The notes under the pieces: model-generated
Database searches by the model: none
Seen by the model: only the letters and a program-made list of their open reading frames with translations
Told to the model about the DNA's origin: nothing
Made by a program: the position numbers and the translations under genes
Assembly (NCBI GenBank): GCA_965248195.1
Contig: CBDFIQ010000002.1
Span: 2,880,001 to 2,944,000 of the forward strand
Length of the DNA stretch: 64,000 nt
Reading direction: 5' to 3'
Source of the DNA: Longimicrobiales bacterium
GTDB lineage: Bacteria; Gemmatimonadota; Gemmatimonadetes; Longimicrobiales; Gaopeijiaceae
Shown here: positions 1 through 9,093 of the stretch, piece by piece
How positions within the stretch are numbered: position 1 is the stretch's first letter
Layout of the letters: every line of letters starts with the position of its first letter

Positions 1-1503
1 TCCGAACGTATCGGGTAGCATGGGAAGCCCCCCCGCGTCCGTGATGCCGTCTCCCAGCACGAGTTGGTAGAGGCCGGCGGCCAAGGGCTCGGCCGGATCG
101 ACGCGAAGCGTTCCGTCATCCTCGCCACAGCACGTGAGCCCGGATGCCACCCGGTCCCCGCTCTCAGTAATCAGTATTACGGTTGCCGCATCCAGTGTCA
201 GCGGATTCATCGGTTTGCTGAACGTAGCAAACACCGGGCTTCCGCCGTCGGCGCCGGTCGATCCGTCGGCGGGCTCGGTGCTCGTGAGGACCGGTGGATC
301 CGGTGGCACGGACTGTGTCGAAAAGGACAGGAGATCCTCCGGTGACCCCCTTCCCTGAGGCGGGCCGATCTCTTCCCCGGAAGAGGCCCGAAGCGCGTCG
401 GTCAAGACGATCCGATAACGCGTCGCGTAGGCGAGCGGAGACAGGGGCGTGATGTTGACTGCCAAGGCATTCTCGGACGCGCTGACCTCGGTCGGAACGA
501 GCGCTCCGCCCGGGCCGAGGAGCTGGACAGTCGAGCTCGTGGCCGTGGCCGGATTGATGAGCCCCGAGAATCCCACTGTGATTTCGCTATCGACGGCAGC
601 CCCACTCTCGATCGCCCTAAAACCGGGCGACTGAGCGAAAACTCCCCGCGCGAACGCGGCGGGGAGCCCTAAATTCTGGAGAACCTGATCTACCTGCCCC
701 TGAACTCCGCCAAGATCCATTACGACCGCGCTGACCCCAGCCACGAGGGCAAGCCCCACCGCCGTCCAACGCTCCCTCGAGCGCCGTTCGCCCGCCCTGG
801 ACGATTTCTCGGTTTTCCTCTGCCCGCGCACAGGCGGCGGGGACGCCTCCTTGTCGGCCAGAAGCACGACATATAGCTCCATCGGATCAGGTACGCCCTT
901 GAGGTCTTTTTCACCGATAGACGAGAACTCGAAGTGCCGTCTGTGGCGAAGCTGTTGGTACGCAGAGTCCGAGACCACAACGCCGGCCAGCGGCGCATGA
1001 CTCTCGATTCGGGAGGCGACGTTCACCCCACTCCCGTATACGTCGCCATCCTCACCGAAGACGATGTCCCCGAGATGGACCCCCACTCTCAAGGAAACAC
1101 GTGACTCCTTGACCTCTTTCAGGTCGGTGAACGTGTTCTGTAGAGCGTGAGCCGAGTTGACGGCGGCGTCCAAGCTGGTGAACTCCGCTAGCATTCCATC
1201 TCCGAGGAACTTCACAACCCGGCCGCCCTTGTCCCCCACGATCTTCTTCGAGACCCGCTGGAAGGCCTTGATCATCGAGAGTGCGAGGTCCTCATCGTGA
1301 GAAGAAAGAGCCGTATACCCTGCCACATCCGCAAAAAGGATCGCAGCGAGGCGGCGGTCATTAATGGTCTGAGCTGAAAGCCCAGGAGCTGGAACGTCAG
1401 AAGCTGAAGCATCCGGAGTGCGAGCGTCCGAAGCTAGATCGTCCGGAGCTGGAACGTCAGGAGCTGAAGCATCAAGAGTGGGATCTTCAGGGGGTTTGGT
1501 CAT
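1..1503 (-). CDS. Class III adenylate cyclase with a TM helix and C-terminal Ig-like (Big_5/SbsA-type) domains; 3' end runs off the window
   Basis: Not in the ORF track. Manual translation from ATG 1503 gives RRLAAILFADVAGYT...VVKFLGDG...LRVGVHLGD...DVYGSGVNVASRIE, then hydrophobic WTAVGLALVAGVSAVVM, then Ig-like segments (ITVGFSGLINPAT; VFATFSKPMNPLT). The frame stays open to base 1. Confidence 0.85.
   Translation of the reverse strand, partial: MTKPPEDPTLDASAPDVPAPDDLASDARTPDASASDVPAPGLSAQTINDRRLAAILFADVAGYTALSSHDEDLALSMIKAFQRVSKKIVGDKGGRVVKFLGDGMLAEFTSLDAAVNSAHALQNTFTDLKEVKESRVSLRVGVHLGDIVFGEDGDVYGSGVNVASRIESHAPLAGVVVSDSAYQQLRHRRHFEFSSIGEKDLKGVPDPMELYVVLLADKEASPPPVRGQRKTEKSSRAGERRSRERWTAVGLALVAGVSAVVMDLGGVQGQVDQVLQNLGLPAAFARGVFAQSPGFRAIESGAAVDSEITVGFSGLINPATATSSTVQLLGPGGALVPTEVSASENALAVNITPLSPLAYATRYRIVLTDALRASSGEEIGPPQGRGSPEDLLSFSTQSVPPDPPVLTSTEPADGSTGADGGSPVFATFSKPMNPLTLDAATVILITESGDRVASGLTCCGEDDGTLRVDPAEPLAAGLYQLVLGDGITDAGGLPMLPDTFG
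1385..1473. repeat. 60-bp-period direct repeat (underlying 15-bp unit) in the cyclase N-terminus
   Basis: ggagctggaacgtcag(a/g)agctgaagcatc at 1385-1413 and 1445-1473; encodes DASA(P/S)DVPAP units. Confidence 0.75.
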
Positions 1504-1586
1504 CGGTCGCGCTTGGTTAGAGGACACCATCGTAAACATGTGGCGTCTCTAGCGGCCGGGGCAAGCTTCGTCGCACGTAGACGATT

Positions 1587-4500
1587 CTATCGAATCCTTC
1601 GGATACTCCCGAACACCTCCATCACCTGTGGGTCGAAGAGGGTGATGCCGTACAGCTCTTCCACCCGTTCTACCTCGGCGGCGATGTCGAAGAGCGGGTC
1701 GAGTTCGAGGATTCCCCGGTAGATCGACTCGGCTTCCTCGCTGCGTCCGGCGCTCTGGTAGGCTCCAGCGAGTAAACCCCTTGAGATGGTTTCCTGCTCA
1801 GGGCTCAGCCCCCCCAACTCGAGGGTTTGCTCAAAAAAGCCGATCAATTGCACGAAGTTCGCCTCGTTCCAGTACTGGAACCCCTCTCCGAGCCTCGCCC
1901 GTGTTTCCTCACGGGGCGTAAACACGGCGATCGAGTCCTCGTACGCCAGCCGGAGCTCTTCGACCTCGCTCGGAAGTTCAGCCGCATAATCCCTCAGGAA
2001 GGCCAGTCCGGCCAAATGCCCCTCGGTATCGCTGTCCTGGAGCGCCCTGAAGATGTCGAGCGTAAGGAGAACTATCGCGGAGTCCGCGTAGAACTCCGGC
2101 CCGGGGGCCGTGTTCAGCAGTTCCATGAAGTTGGCGAGAACCTGAACACCTTCGCCCTGCGATGCCCTGAAGCGACTCAGCGTCTCGAAGTACACCCGCC
2201 TACGGTCGCCGGCCACGTACGGAGCGAACTCACCAGCCCACAACTCCATGAGGTCGGCGTCTGCCACGGCCAGGGACGCCTGGAACGCCACCCAGTACAG
2301 GTCTGGCCGGTCGTCATCGTAGGCGGCGATCGTTCCGGCTCGGTCCGCCTCGAGCACCGCCTCCGCGATAAGGAGCGCACGCCCCGGATTGTCCAAGGCG
2401 AGGTGCCCCGCAGCCAACCGTGCGAAAAATTGGAATTCCCGATCGGGCTCGATCCGGCCCTGCAGCTCTTCACCGAAGGTTACGACGTCTTCAAACGTCC
2501 CGGCCTCGAACGCCGCGGCAAAAGCCAACTGTAGTACCTCGACCCCAGCTTCCTCCGACCGGTCTCTCAGCGGCATGACCTGGAGGGCTCGGCGGGCGTT
2601 CGCTAGAGCCGGACCGTACTGTTTCAGGTTCACGTGCGCCATCGTCAAGAGGCGGTGGAGCTCGTACCCGCGGTCCTCGCCCTCCCAGCCCTCTAGCGCT
2701 TTCTCCCGGGCAGCGGCCTCGCCGTACCTCCCCAACTGGAATTCCGTTGAGAACCCGTACCATTCGACCTCTAGTGCAACGTCCGGCGCCAGGCTCAAGA
2801 CTCCTTGATCGGTCAAAGACTCCGCCCTGGTCACTGCGTCCAAAACTTCAGCGTGCGCGTCTCGAGCCGCGGCTTCCCGGGCCACCCAATGGGCCACCGG
2901 GATAGGTTGATCCGAGGAACTCGCCGTACCCGCAATGCTCACAGGATCCACGCGAAGCCATCGATACTCGAAATCCTCGTCCAAGGTGAGATCGAAGGCC
3001 CTCCCCGTCGTTGTGGCCAGTTGTGTAAACGGGCCTTGGCGAGACGTGGCACCCGAGAGTTTGTATCCCCAAAGGTATTCTGAATCGACGGGACCCCAGG
3101 AAAGGGCCGCAGCATCGGCGGACAGCATGACCCGCAGCGTCTCCAACTCGGGCAAGCGCGCGTCCCACCTGTAAACCAGGGTTCGCCCATCCTCCAAGTT
3201 GGCGAGGTAGATGTTGCCCAGGGCATCCAGTGAAAGATGCGTGGCCGCGAACCTCGAGTCGCGTCCCCCCAGCCTGACGAGAACCCGTTCCAGACTGGAA
3301 CCCACGACCGTCACGCGGCTGGTCCCCTGCTCGAGGACGAACAGATTCCCCTGGGCATCGAACTTGATGTCCTGCACGGGGCCCGTCAGAAGCTCGGCGG
3401 CCACCGTTTGATGAGGAGCGCCATCGAGCGGGATACGTACGAGCGACAATCCCCCCTCGGCCCAAGCGAACAATTCATCGTCCGGAGAAAGGGCCACACC
3501 CCACGCTTCCGGAAGTGGGAAAGAAGCCAGAAGCGATGTCAGGTCCGCGCTGAATACGGTGACCCGATGGTTATCCCGATCCGCTACCGCGAGACTCCCG
3601 TCGGAGAAAAGCGCTACCCCCACCGGCTTGCTGAGCCGCCGGTCGTCGTCGTAATCGCCGCCGAACGTTCCTTGAGAAGTCCCAGCACGGGTGTCGAATA
3701 CGGCGAAGCGATCCTCGTCCGGCTCCGTAATCACGAATACGGAGTCGTTGAACGCCGTGACGCCTGGGGTCCGCTGGAACCCCATGACCCATGCCTCGGG
3801 GCCACCCGTCTCGGGGATCAAATAGGACTCGAACACGTCACCGAACAGATCCTCGTAGCGCTCGGATGTGACGCGCTCCACCCGGAGCGCTCGACCCTGG
3901 CGCGAGGCGATGACGAAACGGGCCGTACCATCCTCCACTGGTCCTACCCCTATGACCGCACCCACCGGATCGGGTGGCAGTTGGCTCACCCGGATCGGGT
4001 AGACCCACGCCAGCGCGGACGCATCCCTACCCTCGGTGAGCTCAATGCGCTCCACCTTTCGAAGGTCACGATCCAACACGACGAGATGCCGTTCGGGGGT
4101 AAACGCCAGCCCCACCGGCTCACGGAAGGACCCCCTGCCTCGGCCGACACCCCCATAGAGGGCGCGGGGCTGCGTCAAGGCCGCCGGATCGAGCCGGTTT
4201 CCGCCCCAGATACTGCCCTGCCGGCCGTCCAAGACCACGGCCGTACCGAATCCATCCACCGCGATGGCCGCCGCCTCTTCCACCGCTCCCAACGACAACG
4301 ACTTGGGCGCACTCGCACCCTGCCAGACCACGTCCGAAAAAGCGGGCAACATAAGGACCGGCGCCCCCCCGGCCTTGTCTGCGACCAAAATCCGACCGTC
4401 TCCACCGACCGCGATCCCGATTGGATCCCCGATCGCCGGCGCCAAGCCCACCAGGCGTACGAACGCACCGTCTCGGGAAAACACGCTGACCGAGGGGTCA

Positions 4501-4967
4501 CCCTTGTCGAGGACATAGACGAACCCACGCGGACCGAGCGCCAGCGCCACCGGATCATTCAACTGCGAGGCCCCGCGGTCGCTCCCGCCGATGACATGTT
4601 GTACTTCGCCGCTGCCACTGTAGACGAAGACCTGCTTCAACCGCTTGTCGAGGACGTAGGCGAGCCCCGACTCGTCCACCGCGACCGCCACGGGTTCGCC
4701 TAGACTCCCCGCTCCGTACGCGCGCACTGGAGTACCGGCGCGATCGAAGACCATCACCTGTCCGCGCTGGTCCACGATATGCAGCGCCCCGTCGGGCGCG
4801 ACCGCGATGGCGACGGGATCCTGGGGCGATGTGCGCCCCGCAGGCGGAAGGTCGAAAGAGCCATCACCGACATACGTCGCCCTAGCGACGATCTGGCCGG
4901 CTGCTGAGACCACATTCGCAAGCAGGAGGATGGTACAGGTAATCACCGTGCGTAAGGCTGCGGTCAT
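1587..4967 (-). CDS. Secreted NHL-repeat beta-propeller protein with FN3-like segment and C-terminal TPR-like helices
   Basis: Signal peptide; repeated P-x-A/G-I-A-V...L-H/Y-V-x-D NHL motifs; LSWGPV...GYKL FN3-like segment; helical C-terminus (LAGAYQSAGRSEEAESIYRGILELDP). Confidence 0.8.
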   Translation of the reverse strand: MTAALRTVITCTILLLANVVSAAGQIVARATYVGDGSFDLPPAGRTSPQDPVAIAVAPDGALHIVDQRGQVMVFDRAGTPVRAYGAGSLGEPVAVAVDESGLAYVLDKRLKQVFVYSGSGEVQHVIGGSDRGASQLNDPVALALGPRGFVYVLDKGDPSVSVFSRDGAFVRLVGLAPAIGDPIGIAVGGDGRILVADKAGGAPVLMLPAFSDVVWQGASAPKSLSLGAVEEAAAIAVDGFGTAVVLDGRQGSIWGGNRLDPAALTQPRALYGGVGRGRGSFREPVGLAFTPERHLVVLDRDLRKVERIELTEGRDASALAWVYPIRVSQLPPDPVGAVIGVGPVEDGTARFVIASRQGRALRVERVTSERYEDLFGDVFESYLIPETGGPEAWVMGFQRTPGVTAFNDSVFVITEPDEDRFAVFDTRAGTSQGTFGGDYDDDRRLSKPVGVALFSDGSLAVADRDNHRVTVFSADLTSLLASFPLPEAWGVALSPDDELFAWAEGGLSLVRIPLDGAPHQTVAAELLTGPVQDIKFDAQGNLFVLEQGTSRVTVVGSSLERVLVRLGGRDSRFAATHLSLDALGNIYLANLEDGRTLVYRWDARLPELETLRVMLSADAAALSWGPVDSEYLWGYKLSGATSRQGPFTQLATTTGRAFDLTLDEDFEYRWLRVDPVSIAGTASSSDQPIPVAHWVAREAAARDAHAEVLDAVTRAESLTDQGVLSLAPDVALEVEWYGFSTEFQLGRYGEAAAREKALEGWEGEDRGYELHRLLTMAHVNLKQYGPALANARRALQVMPLRDRSEEAGVEVLQLAFAAAFEAGTFEDVVTFGEELQGRIEPDREFQFFARLAAGHLALDNPGRALLIAEAVLEADRAGTIAAYDDDRPDLYWVAFQASLAVADADLMELWAGEFAPYVAGDRRRVYFETLSRFRASQGEGVQVLANFMELLNTAPGPEFYADSAIVLLTLDIFRALQDSDTEGHLAGLAFLRDYAAELPSEVEELRLAYEDSIAVFTPREETRARLGEGFQYWNEANFVQLIGFFEQTLELGGLSPEQETISRGLLAGAYQSAGRSEEAESIYRGILELDPLFDIAAEVERVEELYGITLFDPQVMEVFGSIRRIR

Positions 4968-5396
4968 AACTCCCCTTGTGGCATCCAGGACGTGGTAATC
5001 CGAGTCGTGTCGGACTAGACCCGACTCTCGACCTCCTTCTCGAAGCTAAATTCTATCGAAGGAAACCGCACGAGTCTCGTGTTCGCCTCCAGATTGTGAT
5101 CTCGGGCGTTTTTCGTCCTTAGACTCCCGACAGAGGCCCGAGTTCTCTTCGCAGAGGAAAAACTATACCGCAACATTCAGGCCGTACCCGATTTCGACCA
5201 GACGCGATCGACCCGGATCAGGAAGGCTGCTGGACGAAACTCCCCGCTCTGGTGGCGCTTGCTTTCCCGGCCCAAACGCTATTTTCTAAAGCCATCGGCT
5301 TCATCGAATCGAAGCCTCGAGCCGCCGCGTCACCTTTGTTGCGTCGCCTTCAATGACATCCGAGACCACCATATTCATGAGATGCCCGTCCAAGAG

Positions 5397-5852
5397 ATGA
5401 AGAGATGCACGCGTCCCACCCCCATCCCCTTGCTCGCGGCATTCACGTTCATCATCTCTGCGTGCGGAGAACGTGGAACACCACCTTCGAGCGGGAGCGA
5501 AACTGCCACAACCGTGCCGGCGGCAGACGCTGAAGGAGCGATCGTGGAAATCGATCTCGACGAATACAATGTCCTCATGGACGCCGTCGTGCCGGCCGGT
5601 CCCGTGACGGTGATGCTGGCGAACCGGGGCTTCGAAGAACACAACCTCTTGTTCGTGGTGGTCGAATCCGACTCAACCGTCTGGGAGACCGAGCCCCGCC
5701 TGAACCCGGGGGAGAGGCGAACAGTCGATCTCGACCTCGAAGCGGGCGAATACAGGGCCGTCTGCAATTTTTCTGGGCATGAAGGCCGAGGTATGCTCGT
5801 GAATTTCGTGGTCGAGGAAAAGACTCCGAGTGGGGGCGGCTCCGACGGCTAA
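5397..5852 (+). CDS. Cupredoxin (type 1 copper) lipoprotein
   Basis: Lipobox IISAC; ligand pattern H(NL)...CNFSGHEGRGM. Start moved to ATG 5397. Confidence 0.75.
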   Translation: MKRCTRPTPIPLLAAFTFIISACGERGTPPSSGSETATTVPAADAEGAIVEIDLDEYNVLMDAVVPAGPVTVMLANRGFEEHNLLFVVVESDSTVWETEPRLNPGERRTVDLDLEAGEYRAVCNFSGHEGRGMLVNFVVEEKTPSGGGSDG

Positions 5853-5859
5853 AGGCGCC

Positions 5860-7362
5860 TCAGCCGTCCACCACGCGAAGAGCGCCGGCCATTTCGAGCA
5901 GGGACTCGACCATCCCTTCGTCACCATAGACGTCGGGCACGCCGGAGACGGGCAGCCCTACGGAACGCCCCGCATCGGCCGTCGTCGGTCCGACACCGAA
6001 GATCTGCACACCGTCGAGGTCCACCCCGGACGAGGCCAGTGACTTCGCCGCCGAAGGGCTGTACAGAAGCACTGCATCCACCCCCCTTTTAAACGCGTCC
6101 AACGCGGCGTCATTCGGCGGCTGGAGCAGCGTGTCATACACATGGAGGGTCTGGACTTCCAAACCCACCCGAGTCAACCCGTGGGAAACCTCCTCGACCG
6201 CGAGCGTCCCGCACGGGAAGAGTACCCGCTCGCCGCTCTTCGCCTCGACCCCGATCGCCTCCACGAGAGCTCTAGCTCGATACTCTCCCGGGATCAGGTC
6301 GGCACGGATCCCCGCACTTTTTAGGCCGGCCGCCGTCTTGGGACCGACCGCGGCGATCCGAGCCGCTCCGAAGAAGCGGGCGTCGAGTCCCTGACGCTCA
6401 AGCTGGCGGACGAGTCCCTCGACCCCGTGCATCGACGTGAACACCATCCAATCGTGGTCGGAGCGCGGCTCCGAGAGCTCCGCCTCGAGATATTCAATAC
6501 GGATCAGCGGTGAGTCGATCACCTCCGCTCCGAGCCCTCGAAGCTTCGAAATGACTTGCCTGCTCGCGAAGGAGGGCCGGGTCACGACCACTCGGCGGCC
6601 TGCCAGAGGCCCGAAGCCCACAGCCGGCTTATTGCCGTCGAGGCGGGCCAACCCGGCGCCCGGACCCACGATCAGCACCATCGGCGCTCGCAGACCCTCG
6701 TCGCGGACGATGCCCGCAATGGTGGCAAGGGTCCCCCGGACCTGACGCTCCCCAGGGAGCGTGCCCTCTTGCACGACCGCAGCGGGGGTCGCAACGCCCC
6801 GACCCGCGGCCATCAGGCCATCCGTCACCTCCTCCAACCGAGCGCCGCCCATGAGCACGACCGCGGTGTCCATTTTCGCCATCGCGGCGTACGGGAGATC
6901 GCGGGCCGGAAGGCCCTTTCCGACGCTCGGCGTCACTATACTCACCGTACTCGCGTGTCCGCGCAGCGTGAGCGGGATGCCGGCCCCAGTAGGTACCCCG
7001 GTCGCGCTGGTCACGCCTGGAACCACCTCACAGGGGATACCAGCCAGATAGCAGGCCTCGATCTCCTCCCACCCCCGGCCATAGATAAAGGGATCGCCGC
7101 CCTTCAGGCGGACCACCTCCTTACCGGCCCTGGCCCGCTCGATCAGGACCTCGTGGATCCGGTCCTGAGCCACCGTGTGCTGACCGGGCGCTTTGAAGAC
7201 ATCGATCAGCTCGGCGCCGGGCCTCGTGAGGGTCAAGAGCTCGGCACCGGCGAGCCGATCAAAAACGACCACATCGGCCCGCCCGAGAAGCTCCTGGCCG
7301 CGAACCGTGATGAGCCCCGCATCTCCGGGCCCCGCACCGACCAGCCACACCCGACCAGTCAA
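5860..7362 (-). CDS. cobA/hemD: Fused uroporphyrinogen-III C-methyltransferase / uroporphyrinogen-III synthase
   Basis: VWLVGAGPGDAGLIT, VVRLKGGDPFIYGRG, VVPGVTS; then HemD-like RVVVTRP, VFTS, AAVGPKTA. TTG start at 7362 overlaps the upstream stop (TTGA). Confidence 0.92.
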   Translation of the reverse strand: MTGRVWLVGAGPGDAGLITVRGQELLGRADVVVFDRLAGAELLTLTRPGAELIDVFKAPGQHTVAQDRIHEVLIERARAGKEVVRLKGGDPFIYGRGWEEIEACYLAGIPCEVVPGVTSATGVPTGAGIPLTLRGHASTVSIVTPSVGKGLPARDLPYAAMAKMDTAVVLMGGARLEEVTDGLMAAGRGVATPAAVVQEGTLPGERQVRGTLATIAGIVRDEGLRAPMVLIVGPGAGLARLDGNKPAVGFGPLAGRRVVVTRPSFASRQVISKLRGLGAEVIDSPLIRIEYLEAELSEPRSDHDWMVFTSMHGVEGLVRQLERQGLDARFFGAARIAAVGPKTAAGLKSAGIRADLIPGEYRARALVEAIGVEAKSGERVLFPCGTLAVEEVSHGLTRVGLEVQTLHVYDTLLQPPNDAALDAFKRGVDAVLLYSPSAAKSLASSGVDLDGVQIFGVGPTTADAGRSVGLPVSGVPDVYGDEGMVESLLEMAGALRVVDG

Positions 7363-8120
7363 GGTACCGAGAGCGTGCCCGAATCGATCGCTTCGAGGGT
7401 GAGCGAGGCCAACTCCGGCCACTCCAATATCGGCGGAAGGATCTTCAGGGTCTGCGGAAGGACCTTGAGGCTCGCCAGCGCGCGGCCGAGCCTTGAGAAC
7501 GTTCGGTGTGCGGTCAGGGCTTTGGCAAGATCGACCAGCACATGTCGTCCGCCTCCAAGGAGCAATGGAACGGCCACGACCGGGCGATCGCCGAGTGAGC
7601 CGGCAACGTCCGAAAGGTATGGAGATTCATCGAGAAAGGCGGTGAGAATCTCCGTACACGGAAAGGTGAGCGCCAGTTCGTCCCGAACCCACCGAGCCGC
7701 ATCCCCGCTCGAACGGACTCGCGTGGTACCATGCCCCACGAGCAGGACGACTGGATTCAGTCCCCGGCGGGTCATGTCCGTCACCGCCTCGCCCACCTTG
7801 GTCGCCAAAACGCGGGGAAATGCTGGAAGTGTGCCGATCGGAGGGGCAATCACGAAAGAACGCGACGGATCCCCCTTCGCCCATTCCTCCGGCAGGCGCC
7901 GTCGTGCGTAGTACCCACCGCTCGCCATGATCGGCACCACCACGGGGTCCTCTCCCCGAGAGCTCCGGGCTGCATCCTCAAAGCTCGGTGTGCCCTTCCA
8001 AAAGGCACACCCGAAGCGAACCCCGGGCCGGGCCTCGCGCAGGGCGTCCGCGAGTTCCAGGAGCGCCCGGTTGGCCGCCGAGCCATCGCCCGCGCCGTGC
8101 GCCGCGAGAATCACGCTCAT
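7359..8120 (-). CDS. Sirohydrochlorin chelatase, CbiX/SirB family (two domains)
   Basis: ILAAHGAG...AN, VVVPIM, second domain LLVGHGT...AFLDESP...VPLLLGGGRHV; siroheme operon context. Confidence 0.82.
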   Translation of the reverse strand: MSVILAAHGAGDGSAANRALLELADALREARPGVRFGCAFWKGTPSFEDAARSSRGEDPVVVPIMASGGYYARRRLPEEWAKGDPSRSFVIAPPIGTLPAFPRVLATKVGEAVTDMTRRGLNPVVLLVGHGTTRVRSSGDAARWVRDELALTFPCTEILTAFLDESPYLSDVAGSLGDRPVVAVPLLLGGGRHVLVDLAKALTAHRTFSRLGRALASLKVLPQTLKILPPILEWPELASLTLEAIDSGTLSVP

Positions 8121-8123
8121 GGT

Positions 8124-8450
8124 GTGGAGGCCCGTTGAAGGAGTACAGTGGGCCGCGTTGCGGATGCCACGGTCCTAGCTCCTAGGCGGAGCGACGACAC
8201 CATAGCCGTAGCTATGGCTAGGAGCTCCAACAACGGGGGCACCGCACGAAGCGTGGTCGGGGCCGTGCCACCGCAACCCTTCAACGTGTAAGGTCATGTC
8301 ATTCATGTCCGTGGGCACAGGGCGGTTGTGCGATTGATCCTGCGTCTCTCCTCCTCGCCGTAGCGTTGCTACGCCTCGTCGTCGTTCCTTGTCTGAACGC
8401 GCACAAGCGCCCTGTGCGCGACCCGCTGTACTCCTTCAACGGGCCTCTAC
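8124..8450. mobile_element. MITE-like non-coding element with 34-bp terminal inverted repeats
   Basis: The reverse complement of 8124-8157 (gtggaggcccgttgaaggagtacagtgggccgcg) matches 8417-8450 (cgcgacccgctgtactccttcaacgggcctctac) at 31/34. Internal hairpins at 8200-8217 and 8359-8373. Confidence 0.7.
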
Positions 8451-8457
8451 GCTACGA

Positions 8458-9093
8458 CTACCCGGCCGCCGAGCGAGCTCCGCTCACGAGCTCTTCGAGA
8501 GTCCATTCCCCCTCGCCGACCACCCTCATATGGAGCGTCAGCGGCCCCCGCTCGTGACCGACTCTTTCAAACTCGATCGGAACCCGGCCATAGAGGTCTG
8601 CCAAAACGTTTTCGAGTTCAGGGGTGACCTCTTCGAAGGCGGCCTCCGTCGCCGGTACGGCAAGACGATCCGTAAAACGAAAGACCATCTCATGCGTCGC
8701 AAACCGCACGGGGTTGTCCCCGGCGGTATCCTGCTCGAGTGCGGCAGCGGCCTCGAGCACGCTCACGATCGCCTCCCGTAAACGCTCGGCCAGAGTCCCC
8801 GACCCCTCCCTCTTCAATTCGTACTCGAGCCCGATACGGCCACCCGCTTCGTCCGTGCGGAGGTGCCACTCATGAGCGATCAGAAGCACTCCGGGCCCCT
8901 CCGGGACATGCGTGTAATCGTGGACGTCGACGAGCGTCCCCGGGAGACGGTCCTCCTGAATCCAACGGTGAAACACCTCGATCACCCGAGCCCGGTCGAA
9001 AGCCTCCTGGTCCTCGACGAAGACCTTCACCCCCAACCTTTGGGGCTCTGAAAGGACCCGAGCGCCCACCTCTGGCGCCGCCTGAGCGCTCAT
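8458..9093 (-). CDS. Hypothetical protein translationally coupled to the sulfite reductase
   Basis: 211-aa ORF with ATGA overlap to the reductase stop; protein-like sequence (VFHRWIQ...VDVHDYTHVPEGPGVLLIAHE). Confidence 0.75.
   Translation of the reverse strand: MSAQAAPEVGARVLSEPQRLGVKVFVEDQEAFDRARVIEVFHRWIQEDRLPGTLVDVHDYTHVPEGPGVLLIAHEWHLRTDEAGGRIGLEYELKREGSGTLAERLREAIVSVLEAAAALEQDTAGDNPVRFATHEMVFRFTDRLAVPATEAAFEEVTPELENVLADLYGRVPIEFERVGHERGPLTLHMRVVGEGEWTLEELVSGARSAAG

Noticed and set aside
1381..1480. Spaced direct repeats as a possible CRISPR array
   Set aside because: Only two copies, in-frame coding, no cas genes.
3237..4703. Long antisense or alternate-frame ORFs (also 6556-7911, 29371-30873, 52876-54543, 56806-58512)
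   Set aside because: Shadow ORFs of high-GC genes that have clear motifs in another frame.
8175..8306. Short ORF inside the MITE-like element
   Set aside because: About 43 codons with no transposase or other similarity; treated as non-coding.
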